Source: a virus. From it: 64,000 nt of DNA. Positions 47,941 to 56,523 of the stretch are shown piece by piece. The stretch is taken from positions 182 through 64,181 of IMG/VR virus record IMGVR_UViG_3300000062_000006. One strand, 5' to 3'. Below the pieces are notes generated by a model that worked only from the letters and a program-made list of their open reading frames with translations, searched no databases and was not told where the DNA came from. Position 1 is the stretch's first letter. Each line of letters starts with the position of its first letter. The translations under genes and the position numbers were made by a program.

Positions 47941-48382
47941 TAAACTGCCGAGTGCAGTGAAAGCAATTGTGGACAAGCAAATACTTGATGGATTCAGGAG
48001 ATTGCGAAACAGCGCATTGACATACGCACAATCATCACATGAGTTCAAGAATCAAACCAACAACCTTGAAGATTCATACGCCGCTGCAATATACTATGAT
48101 GGCGCAATCATAGAGAAAACAATTTCTGGTAAAACTGCGACAGAGCCACGTACGTACAGAGGTGCTGATTGGTTCGGACATGAAGCTGCAGGGAAATTTC
48201 TTGATGAGTTTGATGCCGGAAGCGGATATACATTAATTATTGTTGCCGGACAGTTTTATGCAGCATGGGTAGAAGCAAAACATGGGCTTGACGTACTTAC
48301 AGGAGCTTATCAATTAACAAAAGAAGAAATGCAAAGCGTTTGGAGACAAATGCCAACAGCCTTTATAAATAGAGATGTATAA
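47912..48382 (+). CDS. HK97 gp10-like neck protein
   Basis: NQTNNLEDS, YAAWVEAKHG motifs. Confidence 0.65.
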   Translation: MKRDNQTIINKLPSAVKAIVDKQILDGFRRLRNSALTYAQSSHEFKNQTNNLEDSYAAAIYYDGAIIEKTISGKTATEPRTYRGADWFGHEAAGKFLDEFDAGSGYTLIIVAGQFYAAWVEAKHGLDVLTGAYQLTKEEMQSVWRQMPTAFINRDV

Positions 48383-48779
48383 CAAAAACCTTAACATAGC
48401 TAAGATTGAAGCAGAATTAGGGAAGCGACTTATAGGCGTAGTCCCTGCTGCAAACATCTATCCTGGTGAAAGACCAACAGATAACCCAACCGGAGCATTT
48501 ATTGTTGTGTCTGTCCCTGGTAAGGTTTATGACAAAACAGCTTATGGAACAGCATTGGTGAGTGTCGATATTTATACGCCTGCTCTTGCCAAAGGACGGA
48601 AAGACACAACGCTTATAACGAAACTTCACAATAAGGTATATGACCTTCTCCCGTCGCTGGGTAAAGAGTATAGTTTCGATTTGAGCGCACTTCCCGAAAT
48701 GAATGGAGGGCGTGACGGGCAGTATTTCTTCATATCAAGAATTTCTTTAGAATGTATTATAAAAACAAACCAAACCTAA
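48375..48779 (+). CDS. Tail terminator protein
   Basis: 134 aa directly before the major tail gene. Confidence 0.55.
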   Translation: MYNKNLNIAKIEAELGKRLIGVVPAANIYPGERPTDNPTGAFIVVSVPGKVYDKTAYGTALVSVDIYTPALAKGRKDTTLITKLHNKVYDLLPSLGKEYSFDLSALPEMNGGRDGQYFFISRISLECIIKTNQT

Positions 48780-48789
48780 AATTACAGCT

Positions 48790-49323
48790 ATGGCATTAGG
48801 AAGAAACGCATTAGTAACATGGGGGCTTAATGAGATAGCCTTCGCAGAATTAGGAAAGATTGATGCTGCCACATGGGAGCAGTTGTCTTTGACAAAACAA
48901 GGGACATTCTCTATGTCTTTTGATGCACCTGCATTGACGCAAATCTTTGCAGAAGAGTTAGCAGAGCCAATCGCAACAAAGGTCGGAGAGCCAGGTTCAA
49001 GAACAATCGAAATTGACTTGCCTGACCTTTCACCAGAAGTATTACAATTCTTCGGCGGAACAGTCGCGACAAATGGCAGCGGCGGACGTAGAGTAAAATT
49101 CCCTGTTGGTAATGTTGTGTTGAAAAAGATGGTGCGTATCGCACCAACTGAGGGTGCTGAATACCTATACATCACAAATGCAACCGTTACATTCAATCCA
49201 TCAGGAGGTCTTACAAAAACTGGAGATGAAACGTTCAATATTCATGTAACGATATCTGTTAACGCAGGTCTCGGAGGCACAGATTATGAACCAGAATCTA
49301 TCATCTACGACCTTGCAGATTAA
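48790..49323 (+). CDS. Major tail (tube) protein
   Basis: 177 aa, beta-rich, followed by a terminator and chaperone genes. Confidence 0.7.
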   Translation: MALGRNALVTWGLNEIAFAELGKIDAATWEQLSLTKQGTFSMSFDAPALTQIFAEELAEPIATKVGEPGSRTIEIDLPDLSPEVLQFFGGTVATNGSGGRRVKFPVGNVVLKKMVRIAPTEGAEYLYITNATVTFNPSGGLTKTGDETFNIHVTISVNAGLGGTDYEPESIIYDLAD

Positions 49324-49342
49324 CAGAGCAAACCTTTAACCC

Positions 49343-49377
49343 AAAGGGGCGGTAGTATATATCTGTCGCCCCTTTTT
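49343..49377 (+). terminator. Intrinsic terminator after major tail gene
   Basis: AAAGGGGCG...CGCCCCTTTTT. Confidence 0.7.
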
Positions 49378-49391
49378 CAAACCATTTAACT

Positions 49392-49877
49392 ATGAAAGAA
49401 GCAACCCCAGAAGCACAAGAACAATTATATAATATTGATAAAGACATAGCCACACCAATCAAATTAGGAAAACGCACATTCAAAGTAAGAGATTTGAAAC
49501 AATGGGCGGCAGATAAGTTCAGCCTATATGTAGCAAAGAAAAATGCAGCATTAGCAGGAGACGATCCGACAAAGGTAATACGGTCAATGGAGAGGAATGG
49601 CAAAACGCCATCAAAAGCACTCGCTGTTGCTATACTTGGTGATAGGTGGAAAATCCTATTATTCCATTGGGCGTTTTGGCGTTATCTGTATTGGAACTTC
49701 ACATCAGAACAAGTGTTTTATGCATTATCTGGCATAACTAAAAAACTCCAACTCGGTTTTTTTTTGCACAATATGGTATTGTTAGAGAGCATGAATCAAC
49801 TGAAAATGAAGCTGACACAGCAGGAAGCACAGTCATTGCAAGCAGAACTTCAGTCGGAGTCAAAGCAGACTTCCTAA
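49392..49877 (+). CDS. Tail assembly chaperone (G-like)
   Basis: Between tail tube and tape measure; internal T9 run. Confidence 0.7.
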   Translation: MKEATPEAQEQLYNIDKDIATPIKLGKRTFKVRDLKQWAADKFSLYVAKKNAALAGDDPTKVIRSMERNGKTPSKALAVAILGDRWKILLFHWAFWRYLYWNFTSEQVFYALSGITKKLQLGFFLHNMVLLESMNQLKMKLTQQEAQSLQAELQSESKQTS

Positions 49878-50152
49878 AAACATTCCCACAATATACCGAA
49901 CATGACTATGAACATCGACTGTCTATCGTAAAAAGAGCCGTAATGCTTGCCGATATGTCGAGAGTTAAATACGAAAAGAGCAAACCTGCATCAAACACAG
50001 CCAAACCAAAAGGGTGGAAAGAAGAACGCATGGCACAGCTTGCTGCAAAAGCAACATGGAACGAACCTAATGGGGCAAAAGGATATAGAGAACTAAAACC
50101 AACTGCGGCATTTGACCCGCAAGAAATGATAAGAAGAATCAAAACCAAATAA
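49742..50152 (+). CDS. Tail assembly chaperone extension (GT-like), -1 frame
   Basis: Frame of track ORF 49943..50152 is open back to 49742, across the T9 run at 49757-49765. Confidence 0.55.
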   Translation, partial: KTPTRFFFAQYGIVREHESTENEADTAGSTVIASRTSVGVKADFLKTFPQYTEHDYEHRLSIVKRAVMLADMSRVKYEKSKPASNTAKPKGWKEERMAQLAAKATWNEPNGAKGYRELKPTAAFDPQEMIRRIKTK

Positions 50153-50154
50153 CT

Positions 50155-53100
50155 ATGGCAACCGAGTTAGGACAATTATATTATTCGTTGAAGATTGAGG
50201 ATGAGCAATTCAAAACCACATTAGAGCAGGTTAAGCAAGACCTAAAAGCGGCAGACAACCAAATCCTAACTATGGCAAACATGGGAGGAAAAGGTCTAAC
50301 AGACGCTTTCAGTGCGACAGGTCGTTCTATTGAGCAAATCATCTCCCAGATGAAGTTGCTTGAACAAGCGTATAAAAAACTCGAAACACCTGACACCAAT
50401 CCCGAATCTGAAAAGATGCGTGGTAGGTGGCAAGAACTACAAGCCGAAGCTGCTAAATACGGCTTTATCCTCCGCAGCACAACGATGGAACAAAAGTCCT
50501 ACAATCAGGTCATGGCTATGCAGGCTAATTCCGTTCAACAAATTCAAATGAAAATGGCTGCTATAAATCAGACAAGGCAGCGTGAAAACACTTTGACAAA
50601 GGAGGGAAAAGCAAATATATCCTCGCTCAATGCTGAATATAACAGGCTTAATAACTCATTAAAAGATTTGGGCGTAAAACAACGCAATCTAAATGAGAAT
50701 ATCCTTAATATGACTCGTATAGGCAATGAGGTAAAAGGGCAAATTCAAAGCGTATTTTCCATCTACGCCTTAGAGCGTTTTATATCGCGCATGATAGATA
50801 TACGCGGACAGTTTGAGCTTCAACAGACATCATTACGCTCTATCCTACAAGATAGGCAAGCCGCTGACACAATATTCGCACAGGTAGTTGAATTAGGCTT
50901 GAAGTCTCCATTTACAACAATGGAGATTAATCAATATGTAAAACAGTTAGCTGCTTACCGAATTGAAACGGAAGAACTTTTTGAAACCACGAAGCGACTT
51001 TCTGATGTATCTGCTGGACTTGGTGTTGACATGGGTCGTTTGATTCTTGCATACGGACAGGTAAATGCCGCATCTGTACTAAGAGGCCAAGAAGTTCGAC
51101 AGTTTACAGAAGCCGGTATCCCTTTGATTGCAGAGTTAGCAGACAAGTTCTCAATACTCGAAGGACGTGTTGTGTCTACGAATGAAGTTTTCGACAAGAT
51201 TTCAAAACGTCTTGTTCCTTTTCAAATGGTAAAAGAGGTGTTTGAGGATATGACAGACATAGGCGGCATATTCTACAATATGCAAGAAATCCAATCTGAA
51301 ACGCTTTACGGTAAAGTTCAAAACTTGGGCGATGCTTTCGATTTGATGTTTAATGATATAGGAAAAGCCAATGATGGCATATTGAAAGGCAGCGTTGATT
51401 TGCTTTGGGCGATGGTTGAGAATTGGGAGGCTGTTGCTGCTGCAGTAAAGGTTGCTGTTGCTGCGTATGGCGCATATCGGGTTGCTGTGATGTTACTTGG
51501 CATACCGGGATTTTTAGTTGGTTTAGGAAGGGCTGCTGCTTTATTTTCAATTCTCAGAACGCGAATACATATTGCAACAGCCGCCATGAAAGCATTTAAC
51601 TTAGCTGCTTCAGCGAATGTAATCGGGCTTATCGCTGCTGCTATAGGTGGACTTGCAACAGCATTTATACAGCTCAACAATGCTGGGAAAAGCTCAACCG
51701 AGATGATGGATGAGTTTAATGCATCTATGGAAAAATCAAAGAGCAACATAAACCAATTAGACAAAGCCATTGAAACCTATGAAACACTAAGCAAAAAAAC
51801 CGAATTAACAGCATCTGAACAAAAACGTCTTGGTGCGGTTGCAAATGAGTTAGCTAAGATTGTGCCATCTGCGACACAGGCTATTGATGGACAAACAGAG
51901 GCGTTAAAGGATCAGCATGATGTACTGGTGTTAAATATTAAGAGATTAAAAGAATATTCCGCTGAAGAAAAGAATGCTGCGAAGAAGAGAGCAGAGGCTC
52001 AGATAGGAAGGTTAGAAGCAGAGGCAGAAGAGATACAGGCTGCACTTGACAAACAGTTAAGGTCGAAGTGGGGAGACGTCCCAAGAAATGAGTCTGGTCT
52101 TTCTTCTGCGGAATGGGAGGAACGAGCAGATTTGTTTGACAAACTGAGGGATGCAAATCGCCACATAGCAAACCTTAGAAAAGAGATAGCCGTTCTTAAT
52201 GGCGAGACTGACGAATCCACAAAGAAGTTAGCCAAATGGGTAGAAACAGTAAAAGGAATTATTGGAAAAGATGATGAGATTAAATTCTCCCGACTAATGC
52301 CTGCAGATGATGATTCCATCTCTGAATACATGAAAAAAATCAGGGAGGCATACAAAGAGAACGCTGCGACAATAAAAGACCAAGCCAATATTGTAGATGG
52401 CGATGTTCAGAAAAACATTAAACTTTTGGAAGAACAGCAAAAAGTCATTGAGAAGATAGCCGAAACTGTTGGATTCTCCCCTATTTCCGAATCAGAGCAA
52501 AAGAAAGGCGAATCGGCTGCGGTTAAGGCAGCAAAAGAAGCCGCAAAAAATATCCTTGACAATGAAAAGGAAATATTTAATGCACACAAGCGCAGACTTG
52601 AACTCGTTGAGAAGGTGCGAAGTGCATACCTTGATTTAAGAAAGGACGCAGAGTCTCTGAACAATGGTACAGCAGATGGGCTTAGGCTGTCAAACGAAGC
52701 TTTGGCGAAAATACCTGAGCAATTAAAAGAGTTGTTCAAGGGCGATGAGTTCAGCAACATCCTTAGCGAGCAGTTATTTTCGGACAATGGATTCAAGGAC
52801 TTCTTGGCTCAGATGAATACTGATATTGTTGATTTCAGAAGCAAAACAGTAGCCGAATTGACCGCATTAGGACATGACATAAAGGACACAAATCAGGAAA
52901 CATTTCTAAATCTGCTAAACGACTTTCTTATCAAGGGAGAGAAAATCAATTTTGACAAATTCAAAACAGAATGGGACAAGCATCTAAAGACTGTAAAAAC
53001 GGGCATTGATGCACGTAATAAGCTATTCTTGGAAGAACCGCCAGAGGGAAGTGGCTTTACTTTCCGTCTCTCAAAAATATTATCCGGTGTAAAAAATGAC

Positions 53101-55107
53101 ATTACAGAAAAAGGTCAAGAGATTTCGGATGCAATGGCTGGGGCTACAGAAGAGCAAAAGGTCGAACTGACGAAACTCAAAAAGATATGGGAAGACGCAT
53201 ACAAAGAGGGAGGAATGCAAAGTGTAGAAACGCTTGCCAAATCATATTTCAACCAATTGCTAAAGGCACAAAAACTTGATGTTGATATCAGCAGTTTGGG
53301 TGAAGCGTCTATAAAGCAGTTGAACAGGCTAAAAAAAGCACTCAATGATATAGAAAAGGAATTTACAGGCGACGAGTTGAAGAACATTTTCGATGTAAGT
53401 GGGCTTGACTTTTCCGCATATAAAGACAAACTTGATACGACAAACTTAGAATCTGTCTATCGCTCTTTAGGTGAAATTGTTTCGGACTTAGAATCTATTT
53501 CAGGGTCTGACCTCTCAATTATATCCGATGAAGAGGTTAAAAATGCAGAACAGGAATTAGCCGTACTAAAGCCAATCTTAAAGATTATTGAGACACTATT
53601 CAAAACCTCGAAGCAGGGCAAAATTGATATCGATACTGAAAAACTAAAGGAAGCAAAAAACATTCTTGATGCAACAATAGATAGCGTTGCGCAGCTTGGG
53701 AGTGCTTTTGCAAATTTGGGCGAGGCTACAGGCAATAATGGGTTGAAGTCATTTGGAGAGGATTTGCAGTTTATCTCTAAGATGGCGGAAGGTCTTGCAA
53801 GTATAGGATTTGGGGCATTAAGCGGAGACCCGAAACAAATCATAGCAGGAGCAACACAGATTGTAACAACGCTAATCAATGCCGAAGCAGAGTATCAAAA
53901 AGCTAAACTTGACTTTCTAAAAGCACAGCGTTCCTTACAGACAGAGATTAATGCTCTTTTGGTAGAATCAATAGCGTTACAGAAAGCTGGCGCAGGGGAT
54001 GGTATTCTCTATGATAATAAGCTGAATGAATTTCGCCAGACTTATGAATCTGCCAAAGCTGCTGCAAAGATGTATGATGAGCTGTTAGAGCGTGGCAGTA
54101 ATGATGGTAAATTTCACGGTTCTGGTATTGCAGAATTAATGGACTTTGCAAAAAATGGAGGGAATCAGAGTGGGCGTGGAGGTGGCGACCTTGCCGATTT
54201 CTTAGCTGGGATTAATGTAAAGACAGGAGTTAAGAAAAAGACGTTTTTGGGAATCACAACAGGCAAAAAAGACGTTTTCGGCAGCCTATTAGGTGCGTTC
54301 CCTGATTTGATTGATGAAGCTGGGGAGTTAAATTTAGAATATGCAAAACTAATTGTATCAAACGAAACTTTTGCAGGAGAAGGCAAAGAGGCTCTTGAGG
54401 AACTAATCAAGTACGCAGAACTGTATGATGATGCGATGGAATCTCTCGACAAGCAGATTAATTCTCTTTTTGGCGAAGTTGGCAATGTAATCAGCAATGC
54501 ACTAATTGATAGTTTTGAAAACGGCAAGTTCGCAGCAGATGACTTCTTTAAGTCGGTACAGGAGGGTATCGGCAAGATGGTTGATTCGCTTGTTATGAAT
54601 ATGATAACCACAGCCATCTTTGGCGAGATGCTTGACCAGTACCAAGAAGGCATAAAAGAAGCACTTTTAAGCCCTGACCCACAAAAGAACATTACAGAGC
54701 TGATGGGGCAGCTTGTGTCGGATATTGCTGCTGGCTCTGAGGCTGCAGCAAATGCAGTGCAAATATTTGCAGATGAGAAGAAAAAAGCAGGGTTAGGTGA
54801 TATTGGCGGTGGCGGCAGCAGTAAAGGTCAATTGGAATCAGGTCTGGCTCGTGCGACACAGGAATCAATAGATATTATGACGGGGTTTCTTATGTCAACA
54901 CAAGGTATGGTGTCAGAGTTGCGAAACAACTCTTATGCGCATAACCTCAATTTGTCTGCTCAGGTAGATATATTAGAACAACAACTTGCGCAAATAAATG
55001 CGATAAGGATATTTACGCAAGAAATACGTGATTTGAATTTGAACTTGCCTGATATGGCAGGCAATCTCGCAACAATTGTGCGAAGAGGGGTGAAGATTGA
55101 TGGGTAG
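50155..55107 (+). CDS. Tape measure protein
   Basis: 1650 aa helical protein; GRLILAYGQVNAASVLRGQEVRQFTEAGIP tape-measure domain. Confidence 0.95.
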   Translation: MATELGQLYYSLKIEDEQFKTTLEQVKQDLKAADNQILTMANMGGKGLTDAFSATGRSIEQIISQMKLLEQAYKKLETPDTNPESEKMRGRWQELQAEAAKYGFILRSTTMEQKSYNQVMAMQANSVQQIQMKMAAINQTRQRENTLTKEGKANISSLNAEYNRLNNSLKDLGVKQRNLNENILNMTRIGNEVKGQIQSVFSIYALERFISRMIDIRGQFELQQTSLRSILQDRQAADTIFAQVVELGLKSPFTTMEINQYVKQLAAYRIETEELFETTKRLSDVSAGLGVDMGRLILAYGQVNAASVLRGQEVRQFTEAGIPLIAELADKFSILEGRVVSTNEVFDKISKRLVPFQMVKEVFEDMTDIGGIFYNMQEIQSETLYGKVQNLGDAFDLMFNDIGKANDGILKGSVDLLWAMVENWEAVAAAVKVAVAAYGAYRVAVMLLGIPGFLVGLGRAAALFSILRTRIHIATAAMKAFNLAASANVIGLIAAAIGGLATAFIQLNNAGKSSTEMMDEFNASMEKSKSNINQLDKAIETYETLSKKTELTASEQKRLGAVANELAKIVPSATQAIDGQTEALKDQHDVLVLNIKRLKEYSAEEKNAAKKRAEAQIGRLEAEAEEIQAALDKQLRSKWGDVPRNESGLSSAEWEERADLFDKLRDANRHIANLRKEIAVLNGETDESTKKLAKWVETVKGIIGKDDEIKFSRLMPADDDSISEYMKKIREAYKENAATIKDQANIVDGDVQKNIKLLEEQQKVIEKIAETVGFSPISESEQKKGESAAVKAAKEAAKNILDNEKEIFNAHKRRLELVEKVRSAYLDLRKDAESLNNGTADGLRLSNEALAKIPEQLKELFKGDEFSNILSEQLFSDNGFKDFLAQMNTDIVDFRSKTVAELTALGHDIKDTNQETFLNLLNDFLIKGEKINFDKFKTEWDKHLKTVKTGIDARNKLFLEEPPEGSGFTFRLSKILSGVKNDITEKGQEISDAMAGATEEQKVELTKLKKIWEDAYKEGGMQSVETLAKSYFNQLLKAQKLDVDISSLGEASIKQLNRLKKALNDIEKEFTGDELKNIFDVSGLDFSAYKDKLDTTNLESVYRSLGEIVSDLESISGSDLSIISDEEVKNAEQELAVLKPILKIIETLFKTSKQGKIDIDTEKLKEAKNILDATIDSVAQLGSAFANLGEATGNNGLKSFGEDLQFISKMAEGLASIGFGALSGDPKQIIAGATQIVTTLINAEAEYQKAKLDFLKAQRSLQTEINALLVESIALQKAGAGDGILYDNKLNEFRQTYESAKAAAKMYDELLERGSNDGKFHGSGIAELMDFAKNGGNQSGRGGGDLADFLAGINVKTGVKKKTFLGITTGKKDVFGSLLGAFPDLIDEAGELNLEYAKLIVSNETFAGEGKEALEELIKYAELYDDAMESLDKQINSLFGEVGNVISNALIDSFENGKFAADDFFKSVQEGIGKMVDSLVMNMITTAIFGEMLDQYQEGIKEALLSPDPQKNITELMGQLVSDIAAGSEAAANAVQIFADEKKKAGLGDIGGGGSSKGQLESGLARATQESIDIMTGFLMSTQGMVSELRNNSYAHNLNLSAQVDILEQQLAQINAIRIFTQEIRDLNLNLPDMAGNLATIVRRGVKIDG

Positions 55108-55246
55108 GCTCTATATTTTTATTGAATTTATTCACGCGTAGATTTTCAGTCAGCCAGTTTTTGATTTTATTAACATTTTTTTTTTACATTATAGTGTCTT
55201 TATAATATAAAGACTATATTTTTGTAACATTACTAATGATATCAGA

Positions 55247-55783
55247 ATGAAAGAAAATGTTGAAACAACTATTCATGCTCTGCTTTATATCTTAGACCGA
55301 TTAAAGGGAGAAGCGGACTTTCATAAAGTCTTTAAGTTGTTATATTTTGCAGATAAGAAACATCTTGTAAAGTATGGTGCTTTAATAACAGATGATAATT
55401 ATATAGCAATGAATCATGGTCCAGTCCCATCAATGGCATATGATATACTTAAAACGCTTAGAGGAGAAGGACTTTCAGCATCTATTAAAGACCAATTTAC
55501 ACCATATTTTGAACTCATTAACAATTTTACTGTAAAGGCAAAGGTTTTACCTGATTTAGATTATTTATCTTCATCTGAAACTGACGCTTTGGATGAATCT
55601 ATTGCTGAAAATAAAGATTTAGACTTTAACCAGCGTACAGTTAAATCCCACGATGACGCTTGGACTAAGGCGTATAGTGGAGAAATGGACTTATTTGAAA
55701 TTGCAAAATCAGGTGGGGCGTCCGATGATATGCTAGACTATATCAAACTAGTTGAAGAACACCACAATTTAGTTCTTGGATGA
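55247..55783 (+). CDS. Panacea (DUF4065/SocA-like) antitoxin
   Basis: VFKLLYFADKKHL...YIAMNHGPVPS, SHDDAW. Confidence 0.85.
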   Translation: MKENVETTIHALLYILDRLKGEADFHKVFKLLYFADKKHLVKYGALITDDNYIAMNHGPVPSMAYDILKTLRGEGLSASIKDQFTPYFELINNFTVKAKVLPDLDYLSSSETDALDESIAENKDLDFNQRTVKSHDDAWTKAYSGEMDLFEIAKSGGASDDMLDYIKLVEEHHNLVLG

Positions 55784-56259
55784 CAACTCTTGGGGATTTT
55801 ATGCCAGAAAACCTAAAGTCTATGTATGGGGAAAGGGCTTTAACTGTTGGTATGGTGTTAAAATTTAAGGTAAGTGACACCACTCCTCCCAAGCCAAAAC
55901 GGTTAATAATTGTTGGGATAGCAGAAGGAAACATATCTCTTGCAACAGTCTTTATCAATAGTAACATAAATAAGAAAGTGAACTATTCTAAAGAATTAAT
56001 GGATTTGCATATTCCATTAAAGTCTGAAAAACGAGACTATTTGGAGTGGGATAGTTTTGTTGATTGCTCTAAATTAGTGGTTCGTGATTATTCTGAGATA
56101 GAACATATAATCAAAGAGTCTCCAAATGTAGTTATTGGCTCTTTGAGTTCTGAAGACTTGGGCATTGTCAAAAATAAATTAATAACAGCTCCAACTATAA
56201 AGGGCAAGCATAAAAAGAAATATGGTTTTTTTAATTCTCCAGAGGAAAACAAAACATAA
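55780..56259 (+). CDS. Putative PemK/MazF-like toxin
   Basis: 4-nt overlap with antitoxin; PPKPKRLIIVG and DSFVDCSKL resemble PemK-fold motifs. Confidence 0.55.
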   Translation: MTTLGDFMPENLKSMYGERALTVGMVLKFKVSDTTPPKPKRLIIVGIAEGNISLATVFINSNINKKVNYSKELMDLHIPLKSEKRDYLEWDSFVDCSKLVVRDYSEIEHIIKESPNVVIGSLSSEDLGIVKNKLITAPTIKGKHKKKYGFFNSPEENKT

Positions 56260-56450
56260 TACCTCTTATAACAAAACATCATTAAATATCTGAAAAATTT
56301 GGATTGGGGTGTCCTCGGTCGGGAAAGAGCTACTTTTTGTAACTCTTTTTTTTATGGGAACACCTTTAGGCCATGCTAACTACCACCTTGAGTGTATATT
56401 TTCGGCTCGATTATATCAGAAGCAGCATTTGACGCTTTACTATTCACATC

Positions 56451-56469
56451 CCTTTTTATTGGTAAAAAA
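56451..56469. promoter_or_regulatory. Palindromic 19-bp motif upstream of distal tail genes
   Basis: Identical to 44547-44565. Confidence 0.55.
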
Positions 56470-56523
56470 CAAAGCGTCTTAGTCGGTTAAAATCATTTCT
56501 TTTGTAGAAACCAAAACTTGACT

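Noticed and set aside
50181-54692. Long antisense ORFs within the tape measure, terL, portal and tail genes
   Set aside because: Shadow frames of long coding genes; Ser/Phe/Leu-rich with no motifs.
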